From Escherichia coli (lineage in GTDB: Bacteria > Pseudomonadota > Gammaproteobacteria > Enterobacterales > Enterobacteriaceae), in assembly GCF_048403405.1 (NCBI RefSeq), contig NZ_CP183129.1: a stretch of DNA of 64,000 nt; one strand, given 5' to 3'. This document shows, piece by piece, positions 46,830 through 56,645 of this stretch (positions within the stretch are counted from its first letter, which is position 1; each line of letters begins with the position of its first letter). Below the pieces are notes generated by a model, which had not been told where the DNA came from, did no database searches, and saw only the letters and a list, made by a program, of their open reading frames with translations. A program made the position numbers and the translations under genes.

Positions 46830-47540
46830 GTGAAATACAAATTACTGCCATGCTTACTCGCGATATTCCTCACAGGATGTGACCGCACAGAGGTAACACT
46901 TTCATTTACCCCTGAGATGGCCAGTTTCTCTAATGAATTCGATTTTGATCCGCTGCGTGGTCCGGTAAAAGATTTCACTCAGACATTAATGGATGAGCAA
47001 GGTGAAGTGACGAAACGTGTTTCGGGGACTTTGTCGGAAGAAGGCTGTTTTGATTCACTCGAATTACTGGATCTGGAAAATAATACCGTGGTCGCTCTGG
47101 TACTGGACGCCAATTATTACCGTGATGCCCAGACACTGGAGAAAAGAGTTCGTTTGCAGGGAAAATGCCAGCTTGCTGAATTACCTTCTGCCGGGGTGAG
47201 CTGGGAAACCGATGATAATGGCTTTGTGATTAAAGCCAGCAGCAAACAGATGCAGATGGAATATCGCTATGATGATCAGGGGTATCCGCTGGGTAAAACC
47301 ACGAAAAGTAACGACAAAACATTATCTGTCAGCGCCACGCCATCAACGGATCCGATCAAAAAATTAGATTACACAGCGGTTACTTTACTGAATAATCAAC
47401 GGGTTGGTAATGTAAAACAGAGCTGCGAATATGACAGTCACGCCAATCCCGTGGACTGTCAGCTAATCATTGTTGATGAAGGAGTAAAACCCGCCGTCGA
47501 ACGGGTTTACACCATCAAAAATACTATCGATTATTATTAA
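46830..47540 (+). CDS. ynfC: Lipoprotein YnfC (UPF0257)
   Basis: The GTG at 46830 gives 236 aa. Lipobox is LAIFLTGC. Confidence 0.88.
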   Translation: MKYKLLPCLLAIFLTGCDRTEVTLSFTPEMASFSNEFDFDPLRGPVKDFTQTLMDEQGEVTKRVSGTLSEEGCFDSLELLDLENNTVVALVLDANYYRDAQTLEKRVRLQGKCQLAELPSAGVSWETDDNGFVIKASSKQMQMEYRYDDQGYPLGKTTKSNDKTLSVSATPSTDPIKKLDYTAVTLLNNQRVGNVKQSCEYDSHANPVDCQLIIVDEGVKPAVERVYTIKNTIDYY

Positions 47541-47542
47541 TG

Positions 47543-48103
47543 CTATTGTGCGGTCGGCTTCAGTAGAGTCTGACCCGGTGTTTTGTGCTCTGCCAGATAC
47601 TGATGCTGGAATATGCACATGCGAATGGCATTACGATATTGACCATTAATAAAGAACTCGTGCATCAATTCACCTTCAACCGTAAAGCCAAGCTTGCGGT
47701 AAATGTGAATCGCTTTTTCATTCTCTTTATCGACGATCAGATACAGCTTATAGAGATTAAGAACGGTGAAGCCATAGTCCATTGCTAATTTTGCGGCACG
47801 CGTTGCCAGACCTTTCCCCTGATATTCCGGGGAGATAATTATCTGAAATTCTGCGCGGCGATGAACATGGTTAATTTCCACCAGCTCCACCAGACCGGCT
47901 TTTTCGCCGTCACATTCCACCACAAAGCGCCGTTCGCTCTGATCGTGAATATGCTTATCGTACAGATCAGAGAGTTCAACAAAGGCTTCGTAGGGTTCCT
48001 CAAACCAGTAACGCATCACACTGGCGTTATTGTCGAGTTGATGTACATAGCGTAAATCTTCACGCTCCAGCGGGCGTAGCTTAACACTGTGGGCGCTTGG
48101 CAT
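47543..48103 (-). CDS. speG: Spermidine N1-acetyltransferase (GNAT)
   Basis: 186 aa starting [23 protein letters not shown]. Confidence 0.95.
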   Translation of the reverse strand: MPSAHSVKLRPLEREDLRYVHQLDNNASVMRYWFEEPYEAFVELSDLYDKHIHDQSERRFVVECDGEKAGLVELVEINHVHRRAEFQIIISPEYQGKGLATRAAKLAMDYGFTVLNLYKLYLIVDKENEKAIHIYRKLGFTVEGELMHEFFINGQYRNAIRMCIFQHQYLAEHKTPGQTLLKPTAQ

Positions 48104-48137
48104 AACGTGTCCTTACATTCCTTAAATCAATAACAGG

Positions 48138-48479
48138 TTAGGGGGTAATAACGCGGCCAGTTCGACGGTCCAGGCAGCGCAAAGTATTTGGCTCCCAGTA
48201 GGCATTGATGTTGGCGCTTTGCTCACATTTATCGCGGTTATCAAAAGCGGCGTCGGCTTTATCCCACTCTTTTTCAGTGCGTTTATTCACTTTCTGGCGC
48301 AGATTGCGCGTGTCATTCCATTGCTCTTTTTCCATAGCGGCGTGCTGGCGGCTTTGTGCACTGTCGCCAGACTCAATCACCAGTTTGTTAGTTTCGGCAT
48401 GAACAGTTGTGCTCAATGCCAGTGTGCAAGGCAGCAGAAAAGCGAGCAGGCCAATTCGTTTGCTGAGAGTAATTTTCAT
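48138..48479 (-). CDS. ynfB: Secreted DUF1283 protein YnfB
   Basis: 113 aa with a signal peptide. Confidence 0.88.
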   Translation of the reverse strand: MKITLSKRIGLLAFLLPCTLALSTTVHAETNKLVIESGDSAQSRQHAAMEKEQWNDTRNLRQKVNKRTEKEWDKADAAFDNRDKCEQSANINAYWEPNTLRCLDRRTGRVITP

Positions 48480-48613
48480 AATTCATTCCCTATGTGAATG
48501 ATTAAAGGTGATTCTACACCATCCACTGCGAACGCAAAACGTACCAGGAGGATGTTTATATTGATGATATTATGTCGTCCTATAACTATACATGATGTCA
48601 ATAAGTGACAAAG

Positions 48614-48940
48614 ATGATTAAAACAACGTTACTATTTTTTGCTACTGCGCTGTGTGAAATTATTGGATGCTTTCTGCCCTGGTTGTGGTTAAAACGAAAC
48701 GCCAGTATCTGGCTGTTGCTTCCGGCGGGGATTTCTCTGGCACTGTTTGTCTGGTTGTTAACGTTGCATCCTGCGGCGAGTGGGCGTGTTTACGCGGCTT
48801 ATGGTGGCGTTTATGTCTGCACGGCGTTGATTTGGCTGCGCGTTGTGGATGGCGTGAAACTGAGTCTTTATGACTGGACGGGGGCGTTGATTGCGCTTTG
48901 CGGCATGTTGATCATTGTTGCGGGCTGGGGGCGCGCGTAA
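48614..48940 (+). CDS. ynfA: UPF0060 small membrane protein YnfA
   Basis: The ATG at 48614 gives 108 aa starting [19 protein letters not shown], with 4 TM segments. Confidence 0.88.
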
Positions 48941-49145
48941 GGACATAAATCCATTTTATCAATAAGATACGAGGAAGTGTCAGCTGACAAAAGGTATTCT
49001 ATTTCATCTTTTGTCAACCATTCACGGCGTAAATATACGCCTTTTTTTGTGATCACTCCGGCTTTTTTTGATCTTCATACTTGTATGGTAGTAGCTCAGT
49101 TGCGTAGATTTCATGCATCACGACAAGCGATGCAAGGAATCGAAC

Positions 49146-50360
49146 ATGAAGATCGTAAAGGCTGAAGTTTTTGTTACCTGTCCGGGGCGTAATTTCGTCA
49201 CATTAAAAATCACCACTGAGGACGGTATTACGGGCCTTGGGGATGCCACCCTCAATGGACGTGAGCTTTCCGTGGCCTCTTATTTGCAGGATCACCTTTG
49301 TCCGCAGCTTATTGGTCGCGATGCACACCGTATCGAAGATATCTGGCAGTTTTTCTATAAAGGAGCTTACTGGCGTCGCGGCCCGGTGACGATGTCGGCC
49401 ATTTCAGCGGTTGATATGGCGCTGTGGGATATTAAAGCCAAAGCTGCCAACATGCCGCTTTACCAGTTACTCGGCGGCGCGTCTCGTGAAGGGGTGATGG
49501 TTTATTGCCATACCACCGGTCACAGTATTGATGAAGCTCTGGATGATTATGCTCGTCATCAGGAGCTGGGATTCAAAGCCATCCGCGTGCAGTGCGGAAT
49601 CCCTGGTATGAAAACCACCTACGGCATGTCGAAAGGTAAAGGTCTGGCTTATGAACCCGCAACCAAAGGACAGTGGCCGGAAGAGCAGCTGTGGTCGACG
49701 GAGAAATACCTCGATTTCATGCCGAAATTGTTTGACGCGGTACGTAACAAGTTTGGTTTTAATGAACATTTGCTGCATGACATGCACCATCGCTTAACGC
49801 CTATTGAAGCGGCGCGCTTTGGTAAAAGCATTGAAGATTATCGCATGTTCTGGATGGAAGACCCGACGCCTGCGGAAAACCAGGAATGCTTCCGTCTCAT
49901 TCGCCAACATACCGTCACACCCATCGCGGTGGGTGAAGTCTTCAACAGCATCTGGGACTGCAAGCAACTGATTGAAGAGCAACTTATCGATTATATCCGC
50001 ACCACGCTGACCCATGCAGGCGGAATTACCGGTATGCGCCGGATTGCCGATTTTGCTTCGTTGTATCAGGTACGTACTGGCTCACACGGTCCTTCCGATT
50101 TGTCACCAGTCTGCATGGCTGCGGCGCTGCACTTTGATCTGTGGGTCCCCAATTTCGGTGTTCAGGAGTACATGGGTTATTCCGAACAAATGCTTGAAGT
50201 CTTCCCGCACAACTGGACTTTCGATAACGGCTATATGCATCCGGGAGACAAACCGGGTCTTGGCATCGAATTCGATGAAAAGCTGGCGGCGAAATATCCC
50301 TATGAACCTGCTTATCTGCCAGTCGCACGTCTGGAAGATGGCACGCTGTGGAACTGGTAA
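49146..50360 (+). CDS. rspA: Enolase-superfamily starvation-sensing protein RspA (mannonate dehydratase-like)
   Basis: The ATG at 49146 gives 404 aa starting [22 protein letters not shown]. Confidence 0.94.
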
Positions 50361-50371
50361 GGAGTAAGATA

Positions 50372-51391
50372 ATGAAAAGCATTTTAATTGAAAAACCGAA
50401 TCAACTGGCAATTATCGAACGCGAAATACCCACCCCGTCAGCGGATGAAGTACGAGTAAAAGTGAAACTTGCCGGAATTTGTGGTTCGGATAGCCATATT
50501 TATCGTGGGCATAATCCTTTTGCGAAATATCCGCGCGTCATTGGTCATGAATTCTTTGGCGTCATTGATGCAGTGGGTGAAGGCGTGGAAAGCGCCAGAG
50601 TCGGTGAACGCGTTGCTGTCGATCCGGTGGTCAGCTGTGGGCATTGCTATCCGTGCTCTATAGGTAAGCCGAACGTTTGTACAACACTGGCTGTATTAGG
50701 TGTGCACGCTGACGGTGGTTTCAGTGAATATGCCGTGGTTCCGGCAAAAAATGCGTGGAAAATTCCTGAAGCAGTGGCCGATCAATATGCGGTGATGATC
50801 GAACCTTTTACCATTGCGGCGAACGTAACCGGTCATGGTCAACCGACTGAAAATGATACCGTTCTGGTTTACGGTGCCGGTCCAATCGGCCTGACGATCG
50901 TTCAGGTATTAAAAGGCGTCTATAACGTTAAAAATGTGATTGTTGCCGATCGCATTGATGAACGACTGGAAAAAGCGAAAGAGAGCGGGGCTGACTGGGC
51001 GATTAATAACAGCCAGACACCGCTTGGCGAGATTTTCGCTGAAAAAGGCATAAAGCCGACATTAATTATCGATGCGGCTTGCCATCCTTCAATCCTGAAA
51101 GAAGCCGTAACGCTGGCTTCTCCGGCGGCACGTATTGTATTGATGGGCTTCTCCAGTGAACCGTCTGAAGTGATTCAGCAAGGAATTACCGGAAAAGAAC
51201 TCTCTATTTTCTCTTCACGCTTAAATGCAAATAAATTCCCGGTCGTTATCGACTGGTTAAGTAAAGGGTTAATTAAACCAGAAAAATTAATTACCCATAC
51301 GTTTGATTTCCAGCATGTTGCTGATGCCATTAGTTTATTTGAACAGGATCAAAAACATTGCTGCAAAGTCTTACTCACTTTTTCTGAATAA
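50372..51391 (+). CDS. rspB: Zn-dependent alcohol-dehydrogenase-like protein RspB
   Basis: The ATG at 50372 gives 339 aa. Contains the GICGSDSH and GHEFFG zinc motifs. Confidence 0.94.
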   Translation: MKSILIEKPNQLAIIEREIPTPSADEVRVKVKLAGICGSDSHIYRGHNPFAKYPRVIGHEFFGVIDAVGEGVESARVGERVAVDPVVSCGHCYPCSIGKPNVCTTLAVLGVHADGGFSEYAVVPAKNAWKIPEAVADQYAVMIEPFTIAANVTGHGQPTENDTVLVYGAGPIGLTIVQVLKGVYNVKNVIVADRIDERLEKAKESGADWAINNSQTPLGEIFAEKGIKPTLIIDAACHPSILKEAVTLASPAARIVLMGFSSEPSEVIQQGITGKELSIFSSRLNANKFPVVIDWLSKGLIKPEKLITHTFDFQHVADAISLFEQDQKHCCKVLLTFSE

Positions 51392-51448
51392 TACCAATAA
51401 CGGCGAGTAAGTAGTACGCATCTTACCTCTTTTTTAGAGATAACCATT

Positions 51449-51559
51449 ATGACAATAGAAAAACACGAAAGAAGCACTAAGGATTTGGTGAAAGCAGCAG
51501 TATCGGGATGGCTGGGCACAGCGCTTGAATTTATGGATTTCAAGAGTCATGCGTGTTAA
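51449..51559 (+). pseudogene. ydfJ: 5-prime fragment of MFS transporter gene ydfJ, truncated by prophage insertion
   Basis: Reads MTIEKHERSTKDLVKAAVSGWLGTALEFMDF, which is the recalled YdfJ N-terminus. It then diverges (KSHAC, stop), and the integrase gene follows immediately. Confidence 0.75.
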
Positions 51560-51578
51560 CTGTTTGATAAATATTAAA

Positions 51579-52874
51579 TTAATTTTTCATTGCTTCGTTA
51601 TGGGGCATGGTTGGGGCAAACTCGCTTAACTGTGTATTTAACAAAGCTACCTGTGCATTATTGTTTTCAGACATCCATTTTCCGTATACCTGAAATACCA
51701 TTTGCGCATCTGCATGGCCCATCTGGTTTGCTATAAATGCCGGGTTAGCACCAGCTGTCAGCGACCAGCAGGCATAAGTATGTCTCGACTGATATGATTT
51801 TCGATGGCGGAGTCCGGCACGTTTTATCGCTGCGTCCCACATCTGCCTTATTGAGTCAACGGTAAAATGGTCACCATAATTTTTTACTCTCGCTGACACT
51901 TCAGGTTGAAAAACAAAGGTGCATTTTTGTTTTTCTGTTCTGCCATACTCTCTGAGGTGAACATCAATGATATGCTCTTTGCTCAGTCTCGTTAATGTCA
52001 TCTGACTCCGGAGAGCGTCGATTGCTGGCTTAATAAGATGAATGACCCGATTGGTTCCCGCCTGTGTTTTTGGTACCGTGAAACGGTCTTTTGCTAAATT
52101 TCTCCTGATCATCATTGTTCCATTTTTCAGATCTATGTCCTCCCATCCAAGTGCACACAGCTCACCAGGGCGAACGCCAGTATAAACAGAAACACACCAT
52201 AAATTTTTGGCTTGCTGATTTCTGCACGCATCGATAAGACGGATGAATTCCTCCCGCGAAAGAGGATCCGGAATGGTTCTTGATTCCTTTAATGGCGAGA
52301 TCCCCTTAAACGGATTATCTGCCAGGTAACCGTTATCAACACCAAACTGGAACACGGCGTTAAGATTTGTCATGTAATTATTTACAGTTACAGCCGATCT
52401 CCCTGGTTGTGTAACAATATAGTTACTTTTGGGGATCTGGTATCCAGTCAGTAGCTCTTTACGAACCTCCAGTAATTTTTCTTTATTAATCGATGAGGCA
52501 AGATTTTTTTCACCGATTATGCTCAGGATATTTTTGATGACGGCACGGTATGTGTTGAGTGATGTTTTGGCGACTTCAGTTTCTTTCAGTGCCAGAAATT
52601 TTTCAGCCAGTTCTTTTATGGTTAAATCTTGTCGGGCCTCACCAAATTTTTCCAGATTGCGTGAGGAGGGAAACTGTTTTGCATAGTCGAAAACACCAGT
52701 TTTTATTGCGTAACAAACAGAGGAGCGTAGTTCACCTGCAACGCGCCTGTTTTTTGCTGTGTCAGGAACCCCCAGATTTTCCCTGACTCTTACGCCTTTA
52801 TAAACAAACCAGATACGTAATTTCCCTCCATGGTTTTCCACGCCTGTCGGATATTTCATTTCAACTTCTCTCAT
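51579..52874 (-). CDS. intQ: Tyrosine recombinase (phage integrase)
   Basis: 431-aa ORF, or 426 aa from the alternative ATG at 52859 (MKYPTGVENHGGKLRIWF). The C-terminal catalytic region is SYQSRHTYACWSL..GHADAQMVFQVYGKW (R, HxxR, Y). Confidence 0.9.
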   Translation of the reverse strand: MREVEMKYPTGVENHGGKLRIWFVYKGVRVRENLGVPDTAKNRRVAGELRSSVCYAIKTGVFDYAKQFPSSRNLEKFGEARQDLTIKELAEKFLALKETEVAKTSLNTYRAVIKNILSIIGEKNLASSINKEKLLEVRKELLTGYQIPKSNYIVTQPGRSAVTVNNYMTNLNAVFQFGVDNGYLADNPFKGISPLKESRTIPDPLSREEFIRLIDACRNQQAKNLWCVSVYTGVRPGELCALGWEDIDLKNGTMMIRRNLAKDRFTVPKTQAGTNRVIHLIKPAIDALRSQMTLTRLSKEHIIDVHLREYGRTEKQKCTFVFQPEVSARVKNYGDHFTVDSIRQMWDAAIKRAGLRHRKSYQSRHTYACWSLTAGANPAFIANQMGHADAQMVFQVYGKWMSENNNAQVALLNTQLSEFAPTMPHNEAMKN

Positions 52875-52893
52875 TAGTTAGTGTGGCTTTTAG

Positions 52894-53145
52894 TCAAGTA
52901 AGATGACGTCTTGGTCTCGCTGATGCCTGGCGCTCAATCCAGCGATCAATTTCTTCCAGGTTGTAAAAGCATGGACTGTTATCCCATGGCATACCGTCAT
53001 GAGCGACATGCTTATATTCCCTTCCTTCCATAAACGATTTTTCCCGGGCCTTTTTTAACGTACCTTTTTTTATTCCTTTCAGCGCAATTAACTGCTCTTC
53101 GGATACCCATTTGCCGGGAGAGACAATCATGATTACTTCGCTCAT
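52894..53145 (-). CDS. Excisionase-like DNA-binding protein
   Basis: 83-aa ORF directly upstream of int on the same strand. The W..G..K..REY pattern (MEGREYKHV) resembles lambda-type Xis. Confidence 0.7.
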   Translation of the reverse strand: MSEVIMIVSPGKWVSEEQLIALKGIKKGTLKKAREKSFMEGREYKHVAHDGMPWDNSPCFYNLEEIDRWIERQASARPRRHLT

Positions 53146-53217
53146 CGATTTCTTTATCTCTTACATCAGACGAGCGCCGGTTGCAGAATACCAGTCACAA
53201 CCGGCGACAGTTGAACA

Positions 53218-55689
53218 TTAAGAATCAGCCTGACTCGGGATCAGTTTTTGCCAGATAACTGAAACGTATTTTGCCTGGTAACGGGCGTCATCAAGTGCAT
53301 TATGGCGCTCACCTTCGAATGGAATAGCCGTTCTGGCATCGAAGTCTATGGCTTTCCCCAGCTCAACGATTGTGCGTACATCGCGATCGTTGTAGTAACG
53401 CCACGGGCAGGGGATCCCCTGCCGTTCGTATGAACGGCGCAAAATCGTGTTGTCGAAGTTGGCTCCATTTCCCCAAACCTGAACAAAAAATTCACCGGAG
53501 TTTTCGTCGATAAATTCCCGCAATTGTAACAGTGCATCATCTAACGGGATTTCATCGGTCATAATGGCAGATTGCGCTTCGCGTGATTGCTTAAGCCACC
53601 ATTTAATGGTGTCCCGATCAATGACTCCGCCAGCAGTTTCCAGATCGATAGTCTTACTAAATTCCGGTCCCATATCTCCGGTTTGCGGATCGAAAAATAT
53701 TGCACCTATTGAGATGATCGGGGCATCAGGATTTTTTCCCATGGTTTCAAGGTCGATCATTAGATGGTCACACGTCCTGCTGGTGGATGTGATTTCGTGA
53801 TGACCGTTCACCTTAATTGGGTGATCTGCCGTCTCGCCAGTTTCATTATCGCTATTGTGATGCTGATTGCCGCCAGTGTTCTCCTTGTGTGGATGTTCAG
53901 CGCCTTCCATTTCCTCCGGATCATCTTCCTGAACTTCAACCTGATACTCTTCATCGAATGTTTCTTGGTATGTTGCGTCGCCCATCACCGCGCCACAATC
54001 AGGGCAGTTGCCGCCGCCGGTCTGACCGCAGGCGGTGCAGGCTTTTTCCACTTCCTGTTGCGCCACTGGTTCAGGCTGTTTCGTTTCTGGCTCGTTTTGT
54101 AACGCATTTGGACTGTTTTGTTCCGCTTTTTGGTAGTTCCGTTCCGATTCATGCTGGTTCTGGTTCACAGAATCGCGGGTCTGGATCCCCTTAACCCATT
54201 TCGGATCATTCGGGTCACTAATCCCTTCAACAAATTCACCACGTGATGCAGCAAGCAACTTATCGGCGTCAGGCTGGCTGATATTGGCTGCCTGCATAAT
54301 TTTGTTTACTTCGTCAGCGGTAACTTTTATCGGCTCTGGTTGTTCTGAATCTTCAGCGGTATCTACATTTTGCGGTAAGCCCGTGTATGTGCCATTTTTT
54401 CGGGCAAAATATTCTTCTTTTGTGATTTCAGTGGCGCCAGCAGCCAGTGCCTTATCCAGACCAGAAAGTTTGTTTGCGCGACCGTATTTTTCTCCGTCCT
54501 TATCTGCGAAGAGGAAATAGAACGGCCCCTCACGCTCTACAGATGGTTCAGTTTCCGGCGCGGTTTCATTTTTTGGGATATCAGATACCTCAGTTTCCAC
54601 TGCATCAGTTTGTGTTTCTGATGACTGGAGAACAGCAACAGTGCCCAGGTCTGTTTCTTCATTCTCAAACACGCCCTTTGTCGTCAGGTATTCGCAGATA
54701 TATTTGTTCAGTGCTACGGGATCTTTGTGAATGTCGATCGGACGCTCACGGACAAGGCCAAAAATAGTTTGGCGGTCGTAGCGAAGGGCATCAGGCTGTT
54801 TGCGTATTGATGCCGAGATACGCTTCCAGTCTTCGCGGTCGTTGTCGATAACTTCTTTTTTTGCCCAGCGATGGATGCTGCCGTCAATGTTTCCGGCATC
54901 CACATCACCAGGCCAGAGAGCGTAGGCCAGTTCGTCATCCAGTGTTTTCCATGTCTGCTTGTATTCGCGATGAATGGCAGCAATGACCGAGCTGATTTTT
55001 CCTGTTGAATTTTCAGTGTACTGTTGATTGGCTCTGGCGCGGGCGAGATCAACAACAGACGTGTATTTTCCGGTTTCCTTGCGTTCACCTTCGCGACGTT
55101 TTTTCCAGATGCGCATCTCTGCCTGAATTTCGGGCCATTTAGCACCAGGAATACATTTATGCTTAACCCACCCAATGGCGTGCAACTTAAGCTCCGGATA
55201 CATGGCGTTAACTTCTGGCATTTTCATCAACGCTTCAACGATATGTCCGTCGAATGTTGCCATGTCTTCCTGCAACAATTCCTGTGCGCTAATAACCATA
55301 TCAACGGTGATGTTTTCACATGTGTCGAACTTAACCATGACAGCGTTCTGTACTTCAGGGGCCAGCTTGTCAAAAGTGACGTTCATCGGATCGGATTCAG
55401 TCTCAACCGGGACAAAAGAAGCAGACTCCTCATCCCAGCGGTTTTCCTGCATATATTCAGCATCCCATGAATCGAGGGCAGGGCGGGGTATGCCAGGTTT
55501 ATCCTCGCAGACAATAAATTTATAAGCGCAGTCCTGAGCAGCCGGATAATGTTCCAGGAATTGCCAGTGAAATTTTGCTCGAGCACGGCGTTCGTCGCCA
55601 GCTTCAATGGCTGTGGCTACAGCCACAGCGCCTTCTTCCCTTGTTGCCAGTTCGTCAGGAATAGCGGCGCAAATAAAGACTTTACTCAT
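53218..55689 (-). CDS. ydfE: Large phage early protein with C-terminal DEDDh (DnaQ-like) 3-5 exonuclease domain (intact YdfE / exodeoxyribonuclease VIII-like)
   Basis: 823 aa. The N-terminus MSKVFICAAIPDELATREEG matches recalled K-12 YdfE (a fragment there). The C-terminus carries Exo I (MIDLETMG), Exo II (GNGANFDNTIL) and Exo III (HNALDDARYQA). The middle has an acidic low-complexity tract and a CTACG..CPDCG zinc-ribbon-like motif. Confidence 0.85.
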   Translation of the reverse strand: MSKVFICAAIPDELATREEGAVAVATAIEAGDERRARAKFHWQFLEHYPAAQDCAYKFIVCEDKPGIPRPALDSWDAEYMQENRWDEESASFVPVETESDPMNVTFDKLAPEVQNAVMVKFDTCENITVDMVISAQELLQEDMATFDGHIVEALMKMPEVNAMYPELKLHAIGWVKHKCIPGAKWPEIQAEMRIWKKRREGERKETGKYTSVVDLARARANQQYTENSTGKISSVIAAIHREYKQTWKTLDDELAYALWPGDVDAGNIDGSIHRWAKKEVIDNDREDWKRISASIRKQPDALRYDRQTIFGLVRERPIDIHKDPVALNKYICEYLTTKGVFENEETDLGTVAVLQSSETQTDAVETEVSDIPKNETAPETEPSVEREGPFYFLFADKDGEKYGRANKLSGLDKALAAGATEITKEEYFARKNGTYTGLPQNVDTAEDSEQPEPIKVTADEVNKIMQAANISQPDADKLLAASRGEFVEGISDPNDPKWVKGIQTRDSVNQNQHESERNYQKAEQNSPNALQNEPETKQPEPVAQQEVEKACTACGQTGGGNCPDCGAVMGDATYQETFDEEYQVEVQEDDPEEMEGAEHPHKENTGGNQHHNSDNETGETADHPIKVNGHHEITSTSRTCDHLMIDLETMGKNPDAPIISIGAIFFDPQTGDMGPEFSKTIDLETAGGVIDRDTIKWWLKQSREAQSAIMTDEIPLDDALLQLREFIDENSGEFFVQVWGNGANFDNTILRRSYERQGIPCPWRYYNDRDVRTIVELGKAIDFDARTAIPFEGERHNALDDARYQAKYVSVIWQKLIPSQADS

Positions 55690-55782
55690 TTTGTTTTAAC
55701 CTCATGACAGATTTAAGGATGAACAAATCCCTGCCATTGCTGGAATATAAGAATGAAACCGGATATTTATTACGGAACTGTT

Positions 55783-55974
55783 TTAAAGACCTGCCGGGAT
55801 TTCGATATTATCCTGGTGAATAACTTTATCGACCGGGTAACAGTTACCGGGAATTTTCTGTTCGGTTGCTGCAGTCATACACTCCTGCATTGTCCTGTGA
55901 ACACTGACTGCAATATCAACTGGCACTCCGGAAACAAGAAAAACTGTCAGAACAAGCGCAAATGCTGAATTCAT
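55783..55974 (-). CDS. ydfD: Small membrane lysis protein YdfD
   Basis: The ATG at 55974 gives 63 aa starting MNSAFALVLTVFLVSG. Overlaps the dicB stop as ATGA. Confidence 0.85.
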   Translation of the reverse strand: MNSAFALVLTVFLVSGVPVDIAVSVHRTMQECMTAATEQKIPGNCYPVDKVIHQDNIEIPAGL

Positions 55975-56159
55975 TGTGCACATCCTTTTGGCATCAGACG
56001 TAAACGAGCCAGCATTGAAACAATGCATATTTTATTTAATAGCTCCCGTTCTTGTTTTCTCTTGTTAATGGCATCTTCAGTAAATACAGGGTTACTGATA
56101 GTGACACCAATTTCAAAACAACCTTCAGACGTATTAACGTTTGGTAATAACGTTTTCAT
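55971..56159 (-). CDS. dicB: Cell-division inhibitor DicB
   Basis: The ATG at 56159 gives 62 aa starting MKTLLPNVNTSEGCFEIGVTISNPVF and ending MPKGCAQ. Matches recalled DicB. Confidence 0.92.
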   Translation of the reverse strand: MKTLLPNVNTSEGCFEIGVTISNPVFTEDAINKRKQERELLNKICIVSMLARLRLMPKGCAQ

Positions 56160-56328
56160 TATCGCGTCCTCAACAATGAATTTTGTGATGCAGTGCCTGG
56201 TGCCTCCAGGTGACGTTAACCAGTTAACAATTAACGTCGGATACAGAGAATCCACCCATAACACTGTTTTTGGTTTTAACTGTTCCGCGTGCGCTTAGCC
56301 GCATTCACCGCATCACAAAATTCACTTT

Positions 56329-56386
56329 AAAAACGGCGGCAGAGCAGTCACGGAGTAAAACTGATACCGCCAAACGTCACCAGAAA
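56329..56386 (-). ncRNA. dicF: DicF small regulatory RNA (anti-ftsZ sRNA)
   Basis: The minus strand reads tttctggtgacgtttggcggtatcagttttactccgtgactgctctgccgccgttttt. This matches the recalled DicF sequence including its terminator stem and U-tail. Lies just upstream of dicB. Confidence 0.92.
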
Positions 56387-56645
56387 ATTGATAACAGAGG
56401 GCGTTGCAGCGGGGTTGTCACTTAAGCGTATGGTCAACCTGACAACTCGGTGTCCTCAACGGGGAAGGAATAACCCCGCCATACTTACCGCCGCGCCATT
56501 TTGCGGGTTGCCACAACCGGAAGCGCACGGTCGAATTAAATTTAACGACACCGTACAGTGAGACGAACTTCGCCGTGCGCTTTCGTGTTGTGTGCCTGCT
56601 TTTAACCACGTCAGGCGAGGTGGTATCCTTAAAATCACCACAGTT

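Noticed and set aside
51349-51543. 64-aa minus-strand ORF spanning the rspB 3-prime end and the ydfJ fragment.
   Set aside because: It overlaps two better-supported features and shows no coding signal.
56418-56641. Two overlapping minus-strand ORFs (63 aa and 61 aa) at the position where K-12 annotates ydfC, just upstream of dicF.
   Set aside because: I cannot recall the YdfC sequence well enough to choose a frame. Both products are highly basic or odd in composition. This region may mainly serve as the DicF precursor RNA, so I leave it uncalled.
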